A DNA stretch of 64,000 nt from Podarcis muralis (taxonomy: Eukaryota): positions 47,368,001 to 47,432,000 of the forward strand of contig NC_135660.1 in the NCBI RefSeq assembly GCF_964188315.1, given 5' to 3'. Position numbers and translations under genes: made by a program. This document shows positions 26,786 to 38,472 of this stretch, one piece after another; the first letter of the stretch is position 1, and every line of letters starts with the position of its first letter. The notes below the pieces were generated by a model that did no database searches, had not been told where the DNA came from, and saw only the letters and a program-made list of their open reading frames with translations.

Positions 26786-28006
26786 CCAAAGGCAAATTTT
26801 GATCCCTCCACTGAACTGCAAAAAGCAACTTTTGAACTCATTCTGTCTTTCCCCAACAAATGGCCCGGTCAACTTGCTAGCTAAGCAAAGCATCTAATGA
26901 ACTTTAATATTGTTGTCTATTTGGTTTATTACTAATAATATCTCTTCTTCACTGGATAATAAATACCACCAAGATAGTAGCTGTCATGGTTTAGGTTTTA
27001 TGTTACTTAAAGCAACTTGAATAGAGTTTTGGCTAAACTCCCTCTTAAGCATTTCCCCCCCTCTGTCTTAATGAGCACAGATTCAGCATTTTATCAAAGT
27101 AGTTTCTTGAAGAAGAATTTAGCATTCCAGTCTCTCTCACTGGATGCCTGATCTCATCTGACTAATTGATTTTGGCTAATGGTCCAGTGGCTTGTTTTGT
27201 AGCTTCTGCTCTGTTAAATGAAAGAGTGAGAAAGTCCTAGAGCATCAGGTCATCTTCCACAATGGAAAAGAGTAAAACCAGCCGTGCAACTCATATTCAA
27301 CCATCTGGAAAGAACAGTTAATTCTTCTTGGGGAAGAGGCTTTGTAAAGCAACTTTAAGGCCTGATTTTAACATCAAGCAAACACATCTCTTTTAATGCG
27401 ATGGGATAGGTTTTTGAGGAAGTGGAGTATATTAACTCCATATTAAAATAATCACCTGATGGATATACAGAAGCCTTTGCTCACCATTACTGGAGTCAGA
27501 CCAATTTCAGATATTTTACAGATGCCTGGTGAATAAGAATCTGTCATGGTTTATTCTAACGTGAAGCAACCACATTTTGTGCAATTTCAAAAACAGATTG
27601 TGCATTGTGAAACAAGTTTATATGCATCTGCAGTTGTGCATAAGGAGCAGGGTTGCTAATTTAAAAGAAATAGATAAGGAAATGATAAAAAATAAATACA
27701 AAATGAAGATGAATATTGTTTTCTTTCAGCCTTCATAGCCTCCAAATACTATCTACAACAGCTACAGGTGTTGGCCCTTGAAGAGATTTCTTCCTCTAAA
27801 CCCTTCAGTAGAAATTAGCCTAATCGCATTTTCTTATTCAGCCAACAGCTTGGAAAATCCCAGGGCAGGCCCTCAGTTGTATTTGTTTTGGCTCCTTGTT
27901 CTTCCTTCTCCAACACTTTTCTCAATTATAGCTATCCAAGTGGGGGCTGAACAAAGACCCTCCCAACTGCTGCACAGTGAAATTATTAGAATTGAGGGGT
28001 AGTCCA

Positions 28007-28100
28007 TGTGGTGGCCTCCAGATGTTGGATTCCAACTCCAACAGTCAGTCCCTGCCAGCATGGCCAACTATCAGGAATGATGGGAGTTGGAGTCTAGCAA
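28007..28100. mobile_element. Palindromic MITE, partial
   Basis: ggcctccagatgttgga...gatgggagttggagtc; same family as 39654-39781, 11590-11660 and 30640-30700. Confidence 0.6.
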
Positions 28101-29185
28101 GACATGATAACTAACAGTAATCTGAAGTGAAATACATTGGCAAGCCCTGGATTAGGTTCAATGCATATAGATCCCTGGATTCAAACTCTTACTGGAGTGG
28201 TGTGGGGTCTTTCTGTGGGGAAGCAATTCCTGTACCATGAAGGGCGAGCATGGCCTAAGCTTTTATATCTTTCAGGTCCCCTTCATCTCCACCACTGCGG
28301 TTTTCACATGGTCATTCCCTCTGTGGGTCTGCCACAGCTTTTTTTTTTTTTTACAGCCTATTAAAAAGGTATCAAACAACACAGGGATGAATTTTAGGGA
28401 GCAAACTATTTAAACAGCTACGCTCTGCAGCTTCACCACCTGACTCCTAGCCCCTTCACCCTCTTTATTGTGGCATAAAACTCATTCGTAGGTAAAGATT
28501 TAAAAATGAAATCTTTTGCAATTGCTATCTTGTCTGTCCCACTCCACTGCTCCTTTCCTAAAGGGGTATGCAGGGAATGAGGAAAGGAAAGAGAGAGAAA
28601 TTAAATTGTTTGAGTGGGGAAAATAGCAAAAACATGGAACTTTTCTCAAGTGAGGCATCTGAAGGCTGTAAAATAAGATAGGATGTTTGAGGAGCAAATG
28701 GAGCCTGACAAGTTCATCTAAGGAAATACTGAATGTGGCCTTTTAAAAGATTTTTGCTATTGCTAAGTATAGAGGGAAGGAGTAGGTTCTTAAAGCAGTT
28801 GCCACACACTGAAAGTGTTATCAAGTAGTCAGAGCTGAGATGGATTTACATGATACAAATATATTTCTCACATGCATCTCTATGACCCAAATCACCTGCT
28901 TAGGGAGCTAAGGGTCAAGCAAGTGCATTTAACCTGGCTGCTTTGAGTTTGGGCAAATAAACAGTGGAATATATAAGCAGGTGGAAGCATGGAGTTGAAA
29001 TAAGATAAACGACCCACACTTGCCTCCACATGCATTGATATTTGCAGTTCCTGTACATAAAGGAAGTGAGTTCTTACTATATAAAATACACATCTTACTT
29101 TGTAAGTGTTCAAATGACTACACAGCCAAGATTTGCAAAATGGCTACATAACCCATCAAAAGTTGGATCCATTCAAATGAACAAC

Positions 29186-29434
29186 AAGAAGAAGAAGAGT
29201 TTGGATTTGATATCCTGCCTTTCACTCCCTTTAAGGAGTCTCAAAGCGGCTATCATTCTCCTTTCCCTTCCTCCCCCACAACAAACACTCTGTGAGGTGA
29301 GTGGGGCTGAGAGACTTCAAAGAAGTGTGACTAGCCCAAGGTCACCCAGCAGCTGCATGTGGAGGAGTGGAGACGCAAACCCGGTTCCCCAGATTACAAG
29401 ACTACCACTCTTAACCACTACACCACACTGGCTC
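29186..29434 (-). mobile_element. Squam3-like SINE
   Basis: Reverse complement of 26-273 with (AAG)n tail. Confidence 0.9.
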
Positions 29435-29500
29435 TTCCCCACTTGGTTTTCAGTTGAGGGCAGCAACCAATTAGCATTATTGTTACGTCTTTAATCTTGT

Positions 29501-30209
29501 TGTTGTTGTTGTCTTCAGTCTGTCTTGAGGGACAATGGAGTGTGCCTCCAGGGGTGAGGTCAAATCACTGCATTAGCAGCACCTAAGTAACCTCCCCGGG
29601 ACACAAGCCTGGGTAGTGTGTATAGAGGTCCTGGGCTGCCTAGATAACAAGATCCCCTTCTCGGTCTCGCTGATATGGGCCAACGGAAAAGAGAGCAATA
29701 CGTATGGCATCAGCTTGGCTGCAGTTGTTGTTGGAAGGAGGCAAACAAGGCGCCATCCAACTGTTTTAGGGACTCCACTCTGGATTTGTGTAGGGTTTAC
29801 TTCATAGCCTTTTCTTCTCCCACATGGCAGCTGCAGTTTAGGATCAAAGTTTTCTATCTCCTTCCCACATTGACAAGCCCCATCTGCCCCTCACTTCCCT
29901 CTTTAGCATGTGCAGAAACCACCTTCCTGACTATTGGTCTTGTCCACACAATCCACCAGAGCCTGTCTTTGCATGCAGGGGAAGTCCCTAACTCACTGAG
30001 GATTTGAGACCCAGCGGCTACCCTCACCTCGTTTAGCCAGCCAATCAAAGCCATTCCCAGGGTGTGGCGGCTGTACACACTGACAGCTTTTAGGAACCAC
30101 AGGTGAGAGCTGAGTGCAGTTGGGTACCAAAGGTGGACAAACTACCTTTGGTAGCATAATGTGTCCCCTATCAGAAGCACTCCTCCTCCTCTAACACCCC
30201 GTACACCCC
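29501..30209 (-). mobile_element. Non-autonomous RTE-type retroelement: ribozyme head, no ORF, (CAA)n tail
   Basis: (TTG)n tail at about 29498-29513; imperfect TSD tttaatcttgt (29490-29500) / tttcatcctgt (30210-30220), 9 of 11 identical; no RT-like ORF; RTE affiliation inferred from the tail type and 5'UTR-like motifs. Confidence 0.7.
30021..30209 (-). ncRNA. Putative HDV-like (nested double pseudoknot) self-cleaving ribozyme
   Basis: Minus strand: P1 GGGGUGU (30209-30203, repeated at 30200-30194) / ACACCCU (30065-30059) with G1.U wobble; P2 CUCUCACCU (30109-30101) / AGGUGAGGG (30029-30021); P3 GGU (30098-30096) / GCC (30068-30066); P1.1 CC (30094-30093) / GG (30058-30057); J4/2 GCUAA with candidate catalytic C at 30036. 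Confidence 0.72.
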
Positions 30210-31540
30210 TTTCATCCTGTATGGTTACTAAAAACATGCACTAGAGTGAGAGGAAATCAACGCCAGATTGACATCATGTTCAACAATGTGAAAGTATTCC
30301 TTTAATCTGCTTTGAACTCTTTTTCTCCCTTCCAAGTTCCCAACGAAATTTGTATGCAAGAGCTCTTTAAACATAAAAGGTAATTAAATGACAAGACCCA
30401 TCATAAATACAGAGCTCCTCAAACAGAAGGAAAGCACGCTTGGCCAAAAAGAAATTAATTAAATATAATCTGATTTTTAAAAGTTAATTATATATCTTAT
30501 GTTGTCCTTATTCAATAGTACTGTGTTGGGAGGATAGAAATCAGAGCATTATTTAAGGGCTTCTCTGCCTTTAACTTCTGCCTATATTTCTTCCTATGCA
30601 CATAAGAAACTGGCCCATCTACCTCAATGTTGACCACACAAGGGTTGGGAACCTTTGGCCCTCCAGATGTCTCTAAACTTCACCTCCCAACAGCCCCAGC
30701 AAGCTTGGCTGCCCGTGTTTCTTTAGGGTTTCTCCCAGCCCTTTCCAGAGACGATGGGAACTGAACCCGAGATGTGCTGCATACAAAGCAAATGTTCTAC
30801 CACTCAGTTATGGCCCTCCTCTAAAGTCAGGGTTTTTGACTCCAGTAGAACACTCGAAAATAGATCGGCTGAGAAAGAGCAAGCAGAAGAGAAACTGACT
30901 ATGCGTTCTCAGTGAAATTATTGTACTGAGGCGAATTGGAGTGCTCATAAAATGTATGAAAGACTTTAATGCCTCAGGGTCTTTTATTAGAGCAGCGGTG
31001 CAATCTTGTACATGTCTGCTCAGAAATCAGTCCTACTGAGATCAGTGGGGCTAACTTCAGGCAACGTGTGCATAGGATTGCTACCTAATTGTTCAGAGGC
31101 ACCAGGAGGTTTCCAGCTACATTCAGAAGGTCGGGAATTTAAAGGTAGCTTCTCCTCTGCTCTTTTTCCACTTAAAGTCAAACAATGCTGAATATCAGCT
31201 CTTAGTCTTAGCATATATAATATAAAGGATGAATTGGCCAGAGATGTTAGGGATCCCCTATACCTCCCTTTGTTGACATGGTTTGCAGTGTAGATGTGAC
31301 TTGCTGCATTTATCTTTTCTGTCCTGGGTCTACAATATTGCAAAGATAGTAGTTGTATGTAATTGTTGTTATCCATGCTGTTGGACATTTATCAGCATAG
31401 TTGAAGGTGCCGTGACTTTCCACGGATCCTCAGAATACTGATTACATGGCCACACAACAGATATATGCCACATGTTGGCCAGGAAGTACTTTCCTCTGCC
31501 ATTTTAAATAAGTCCCTCACAGCTTGTGTCCAAAAGCCTT

Positions 31541-32029
31541 TGTCACGGTCCAGTCTATGGGTGATCGAAGTCCCAGCTGAGGACATCAGGACCAGGGGCA
31601 AGATGGCGGGGTGGGAGCAGGAACGAGAGCCCAGAAGCCAGGGGTCAGAGGGTCAGGAAGCAGGGAGTCATGACATCAAGGGTCAGAGGGTCAAGAAGTA
31701 AGGAATCATGAAGTCAAGGGTCCGAGGGTTGAGAAGCAAGGAGTCACGAAGTTGAGGGTCAAGAAACAAGGAGTCAAAAAGCCAAGGTCCGAGGATTAGG
31801 AAGCAAGAAGCCAAACGTAGCAAGGCATGAAACGTGTTGTTGTGGCAAAGAGCCGAAGGGAAATGCTGACCTTAAATCCCTTCCCAGCTCTTGCCACCAG
31901 GTGCAGTGAGTTGCCAAGTGGCCTCATCTGTGTGGCTGCGCCTTGCCTTTCCAGAACAAACTTAGGAAGGCCCCAGTCCTGCGAAGCCCTACTGGTCACA
32001 GGGCCTGGCTCCTGCACGCACTCCTGACA
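31541..32029 (-). mobile_element. Solo LTR (Gypsy-like)
   Basis: TGTCA...TGACA termini; 5-bp TSD gcctt (31536-31540) / gtctt (32030-32034); TATA-like atttaa on the minus strand near 31873; internal tandem repeats. Confidence 0.78.
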
Positions 32030-32435
32030 GTCTTCTTCTTATGTAAGAAGATACCAGGTATACCCTGGGTAGCCAGTGAACATCATTCTTTTCCCTCACA
32101 AACAATTTAAAACCATAGCTCACTCTCTTTCATTTCTTCAGAGAGTGTATTTCCAAGAAGGGTGGGGTGGGGTGAGAAAAAAATGGTTGGCTTTTCTAGC
32201 TTTTTGTAATGGAAGTAAAATCACCAGGCATCATAGCACTTATTCATAGAACTATAGAGTTGGGAGGAATCACAAGGGTCATCCAGTCAAATCTCCTGCA
32301 ACGTAGGAATAATCATCTGAACACTGACAGATTTCTTACCCAGGGACACTTCCCTCATGTGTCCATGTTGATTCCTCCCCCCCCCCCCAAAAAAAAGGAG
32401 GGGATATCATTTCTATTCTCTGCCCCCAAAATGAA

Positions 32436-32690
32436 TACAATTGTACCTTGGTTTTCGAACAGCTTAGTTCACGAACAACTTGGAACTCGAACGCAACAAA
32501 CCTGGAAGTAGGTGTTCCAGTTTGTGAACTTTGTCTCAGAAGTCGAATGTCTGGCGCGACTTCCACGGCTTCCGATTGGCTGCAGGACGCTCTTGCCACC
32601 AATCGGAAGCCAAGCCTTGGTTTCCAAATGTTTCAGAAGTCGAACAGACTACCGGAACACATTCCGTTCAAAAACAAAGGTACGACTGTA
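32436..32690 (-). mobile_element. Tc1/mariner (Tigger/pogo-like) MITE
   Basis: TA flanks; TIRs ca(a)ttgtaccttgg / aaaggtacgactg; inverted homologue of 43587 and 60976. Confidence 0.85.
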
Positions 32691-33619
32691 TATGAAAAAT
32701 ATTTACTTGACAACTATTGTACAATCAATCAATCAATCAATCAAAGCAGGATGTGTGCTTGTGAAGTTTTAATGCCTTCAGTTAAAAGCATGGTTTGCAT
32801 CAACAGCAATGAAAGAGGCCACATTATATAGTGATCATTATATGCTGAAGACATCATATCTTGCAGGTAATAAGACCAAAAAAAAAACTAAGCGAGAAAG
32901 AACAAGAATAATTAATATTTGTTCAAAGATGGCTCCAAGGCTCTACTTAATAAGTAAAATATGTCATCTGTGACGAGAAAATTTTCATTTCACACCTGCC
33001 CTCAAGGCCTGGTGATCTCTTTAATGTCATCCAGGAAAGACTCAGACATACTTTAGACCTCATACAATTCCTGTTGTGTCCAAGTGCTGGGAACTTTCTT
33101 CACCTTTCCTGCGAGTTAATTATTGCTTTTCTCATACAGCAGTGCTGGTGCAGTCCTGATGTGACTTCCAATGCTACTTTTTCATTTCAGGCTCCTCATA
33201 TACACTGCAAATCAGAGTTTGTTGTTTTTTACTGTAGCAACTGGATACTTTTAAAATAAAGTTATATTAAAGGGCAGGAACTGTTTTGGTCACCCATATT
33301 TGGGGAAGAAGCGGCTGTTTTTATCCAGGGCAGAAGGTAGGTCAGGATCTATTGGCAAATCTCTGGATATTTGCCATAGATCAGCAAGGGTGTCTGATTC
33401 TCAATTGTTTAAGAATAGCAAAAAAGAAAAAAGACTTCTGCCCTCACCTCCCAAATCATATTGTTATAAACACTGATTTGCAAATTACTTGTGTATGCAA
33501 ATCATCCCAGTGCTGTAGGTAACTGGCACCAAGCCTTTGCACCACTACTTTGTCTCTGGCTCCACCCCCGCCTCAGCTGATTGGTAGCTTTCAGGATTCT
33601 AGTAAAAAAAAAACAATCA

Positions 33620-34118
33620 TGTGACATTAACATATGAGAGTGCTGGAGGTGAAATAGTTAAACAAGTTACCCAACCAGAACCCAGGGGTGGAGTCAGAGG
33701 GACTATAAAACCAGCTCTGGGAGGGGCGAAGGAGGAGTTCGTTGGGAGGTTGGTTGGAGTGGGAGTGAATTGAGATAGAGTCTGTGGGTAGTTTGAGTTA
33801 GTGTAGTGAAATAAGCTGAGTCGGGAACAGTTAGGCACTAGGAAGACAAGTAAATATCTGAGAGGTGGTTTAGTGAGTGAGAGCAGGTAGCGGAAGTTAT
33901 AGGTCTGGATAGGCACCCCATGATTGTAATTGACCGATACCGTTTATGAAACCACATGCTTGTTAAACTGCAATAAATAAACAGAAGTTTATGTTCCAAT
34001 TTAACCCTGACTGGACTCAGTATTGTACCAGGTAGGGCCTGGGTGGTGGCAGCTATAAATAAAGTGGTGGCACACCAATAGACGGTGAAACATCTGGGGA
34101 CCCTGTGTGATCGCCACA
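33620..34118 (+). mobile_element. LTR-like element (probable solo LTR)
   Basis: TGTGAC...GCCACA ends; TATA box ctataaaa at about 33703; AATAAA at about 33972; no clean TSD found. Confidence 0.58.
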
Positions 34119-36409
34119 GATCTCACAAGTATGAAGTATGCCCACCTGTTCTCTAAACCATGTGCCCCATGGCAGTAATGGTTAATTTACAAAGAGAGCT
34201 CATCAAGAATACTAACTTAACTGCAATACCCACCCAACTCCTGTAGCAAAAAATACACTCTGCATGTTTCAAGATGCCCTCATCTTTAGCATTCCTCTTG
34301 CATATCCCAGGGTCAAGTTCTGGTTCTACGCTTGCTGTGATTCTCTCTTGCATTCATTTTTAAAATGTGGCATAGCCTGCCGCTCTTTAATTTGCAAGCC
34401 TTTAACCCTCACTGCCCTGTAGCACAATGGGTAATAGCATCCCCCCCCCCTTCAAAATTCAATAGGATGGGCTTGGGCATGTTTGAGCTTACGTCACACT
34501 TCAGGGGTAGAAGAGTTGGGAGGGTGTCAGAAAGCGTAAAAAACCTGGCATTTTGTATATTTAGAGTTTAATCTATATGTAAATTTCCACCACTCCTTAA
34601 ATGAAAAATAATTCATGACAATTTATGCCTACAATTTATCGTGCAATTCTTTTTGTGTCATTAACTAATGCTTTCAGAGCAGTAATGCCATATTTTACAA
34701 AGCAACATTGATGCATTGTCTGGTCGGCTACAAAATTGAGGGTTTACTCCTGTACAAATGAATAAATAAAGGCACAATCTGGTCTTCGCGTGGTGGTTGG
34801 GGGGGTATTGTGGGTGTGCACACTTTTTCATCATTCACTTCTCTCACCCACCTGCCCATTTCAAGCAGCACACTGGCTCTTACACTGAATGCAGTATTGC
34901 TGGCCTAAGAGCCATTGATTAAAATTGATGAAAAGCCTATGGTGATATAACTAGCTTACAGCTCATGAAACTTTTGAGTTCTCTGCATGGTTTAGGGATG
35001 GCCCTGGGGGAAAGCAACGGAATTGGCCTTTTCTAATACTGAAACACAATTATGGAGAAAGCTTTGTCTGCTGATATTATGTCTATCAGACACCCTGTTG
35101 CTTATGTGGCCCTCGATTTATATTTGGGACCCACCCACAAAAGCTGGTGCAAATTTGCATATGCTCTTCATCCTATGCCAAAGTGCCCTCTTTGTGTGCA
35201 GAGGTGGCAGACCCAACCCACATATACACTGGGCCCAGACAATTCTGTTGGTACCCCTGTGAAGCAGCAGGGGAAGACATAGATGTGTATTGGTGTTAAC
35301 TTCCACAATTTCTCATTCGGATAACAAGCTAAATATTTGTTCCCAATCAAATTTAGAAGCAGGCTTCTTGGAAGAGAAAGGCAGATATATATGAATAGCT
35401 AATAAATCATGAAAGCTCACGTTTAATGCCCTTTTATATCTCTTACACTAATCCATTGGATTGAAACAATGGCTCAGCCATTTTCAGACCATTATCGGGA
35501 TGCAGAAATGTCCTTTTTAATCTTGAAAAATCACACGCTTACAGTGTATCCAAGTCGGAAGCGCATTGCTTTGCATACTTAAGAGCTTCTCCTCCTCCTG
35601 CAGTTTAATTGTCAGGTTTAGCATGAAGCATAGATGTCAGCTGGACCGATGCCATCATTCTAAAACTAGCGTATCTATACGAGAGCTGAAAACAATGAAT
35701 TATACACACATGTTTATATATTCATGGAAAGTTTTTAAATACATTTCAGACCCGGGAGCTGTCACCAGCATTGTAGTAATCTGGAAAAATAATCCCCAGA
35801 GTGAAAAGAATATTATGATGGATAAGACAGATAAGAAACTTGAGCATTTTCTAAACAAACAAACAAAAATACCAAACCTCTGGCCTGATCTTATGCATGT
35901 TTATTCAGAAATAAATTCTACTTCGTTCGTTGGAAATTAATCCCAATGGGGATGCATAGGATTGTAACCTAAGGGGCAGCTCAGATGACAGCAGCCCAGC
36001 TAGTGATGACAACACATGTTTTTTGCATTCAATTGTGTGCTCTTCTGACATTAAATTGTGTCTGGAACTTTGAGTTCAGCATCCCATATAGCCAGTTGCT
36101 GGATGATGAGGCTACAAGGAACAGTAGCAGCATCACCTTAACCCTGACCGTGTAGCAAAGTCAGGCCATTTTCGAATACATTTTGCTTTTAAATTTCACA
36201 CAGGACTAATAAGGCAAAGGTAGCCTTATGAATATGCTATCCAGAGGTGCAGGCAAATTGGATGATTACAAAGGAGGTCCAAATGAAATGAACCCAATTA
36301 GAGGCAAATGTTTCATAGACATGGTTACCTAAGGGAATACCTTACTGGTCATAAATGTAGGATATGTGCAGAGTGCAAACCCCAGCTGGGGAACATTGTG
36401 ATATAACAG

Positions 36410-36870
36410 ACCCACCTAGGTCTCAATGATACAGACCAGATCAGCCTCTTCATCCAGAAACAGATCGTGAATGAGGGAGGTCTTACTCCAAGCCAACCTG
36501 GCATTCAGCAACATGCTGGAGAGCCAGTGTGGTGTAGTGGTTAAGAGCGGTAGACTCATAATCTGGTGAACCGGGTTCGCGTCTCCGCTCCTCCACATGC
36601 AGCTGCTGGGTGACCTTGGGCCAGTCACACTTCTCTGAAGTCTCTCAGCTGCACTCACCTGTTTGTTGTGGGGGCGGAAGGGAAAGGAGAATGTTAGCCG
36701 CTTAGAGACTCCTTCGGGTAGTGATAAAGCGGGATATCAAATCCAAACTCTTCTTCTTCAACAGCAGTCACAAGCTGATAGGACACCAACTGCCCATGCC
36801 TGCCCCACCTCTCACACCATACCTTCCCCTCCCCTGAACCACTATAGGACCTTCCCTGCTTCTTGCTTCC
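36410..36870 (-). pseudogene. L2 ORF2 N-terminus (AP endonuclease start) split by a SINE
   Basis: Minus strand PIVVQGRGRYG leader (about 36870-36810), then LLNARLAWSKTSLIHDLFLDEEADLVCIIET (36515-36418), the APE N-terminal N...ITET motif. Confidence 0.75.
36519..36759 (+). mobile_element. Squam3-like SINE inserted in L2
   Basis: Near-identical to 26-273; short caaca duplication at both flanks. Confidence 0.9.
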
Positions 36871-37797
36871 CAGGCACATCGTAGACCCCAACAAAAAAAA
36901 CCCCACAATTTAAAGACCTGCAATTTAAAACATTTTGAACAGTCAAGGTAGCAAAAACCATAACAGCCCCCAACAGAAAGCCCTGGACAATACCTCAACT
37001 CAAGAGTTTGTTTTAGCTGGAGTCAGGGTCCTGCCTTCCCAGGTCCTCCAGCACTCTCAGCAAGGTGGTCTCCAGCATCAGGCCTATGAACTGGGACCAC
37101 TTGAAGCCTCAAAAATACAAAGGTGGGGGGGCATGAAGAAAACTACCAGTGCTCCTGCATTTTGTTTATGCGCTGTACTGAGGTTTGTGTTACCTTGCTC
37201 TCATCAAACTGGCAAGCAATGAATGTGAGTCATTTCTATATGCTGGAAATGTTAAAACTGTGTCGTTGTTGTTTTTAAAAAAATGTAAAGAAACATATCC
37301 AGAGCAGAAAGGTGCCCTAGCCAAGTGTGGAAATATCCCCTAGGCTTCGTGTGGGAGTAAAATATTTGTGACTTTATAGACAAGAAAACTCTCAAAGGTT
37401 CTGGCATCTGTAGGTTTGGTTACAGCCAGTTGTAAGCGGTTTTCGCCAGCCTTAATGCCCAAAGCAGCTTGTAATCTGTCACCCACAGGCTGGTTTAGTT
37501 TGAGATTTTCTCTGTTTAGACCTCTTCAGCTCCTCTTAAAACAGGTTGGATTTAAGAACTGTCAAACATAAATGGAAGGGAGAGAGGGAATCATTGGGAA
37601 GAAGTTACAAGTTTTAAGAGGTAAAATGGAGGAAAGGAATGGATTTATACGGGTATTTTCAGCACATTTGTGAGGGTTGAAACCCCTACATGGAATGACT
37701 TAATGGAAAATAGAAAGGAACTCAGCACTTAGAATGAAACCTGGCTGAAGAAAGAGGCTTATTAAAATGCATATTTTTGTGGCATGCAAAAGGCAAG

Positions 37798-37800
<3 letters not shown>

Positions 37801-37838
<38 letters not shown>
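37801..37838. repeat. (CA)n microsatellite
   Basis: Direct reading. Confidence 0.97.
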
Positions 37839-37845
<7 letters not shown>

Positions 37846-38472
37846 AAAACTTTCTTTTTCTCCTCATCTGGTCTGTTACAGAATAATCTTCATGTGATAT
37901 GCCACAGGTGGATACAGCTGCTGGAAACCACAGGAGGGGAGAGTGCTCTTGTGTTTGGATCCCGCTTGCGAGTTTTCCATAGGCATTTGGTTGGCCACTG
38001 TGAGAACAGAACTAGATGGGCCATTGGCCTGATTCAGCAGAATAGTCTTACATTCTCACGTGACAAGGACAGTCCCTAGAAAGGAGGCTATGTTGTTAAA
38101 AATGAAGCCTGTTTTCCAAATCCACAGACTACGGACACAGTTGTGCATTTCCCACCCGAGCTGAATATCATTGGCTGCTGATAGCAAGGGCTGGGGGACA
38201 AAAAAGTAGCAGTGCAGAGACTGTACTATATGGTACTGCAGGAGAGAGGTGATGCTAACAATGCGATGCCTTCGTTCTGCCTGCTTTGGCTCCCAGAAAG
38301 ACCCCTTCTGGTGGATGGGGAATATTTCAGGAAATATGCTGCTATATTTCTTGTTTGCTGCCCTGGGTTCCTTTTTGAGGAAGGACAGGGCAAAAAGTCA
38401 ATAAGTAACTAAATAAACAACTAGTGAAGCATATTGGTACATGTAGATAAGTGATGGAATGAAGGAGTCCAA

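Noticed and set aside
31630-31810. CRISPR-like repeat array
   Set aside because: Irregular degenerate modules with no unique spacers, inside an LTR, in eukaryotic DNA with no cas genes.
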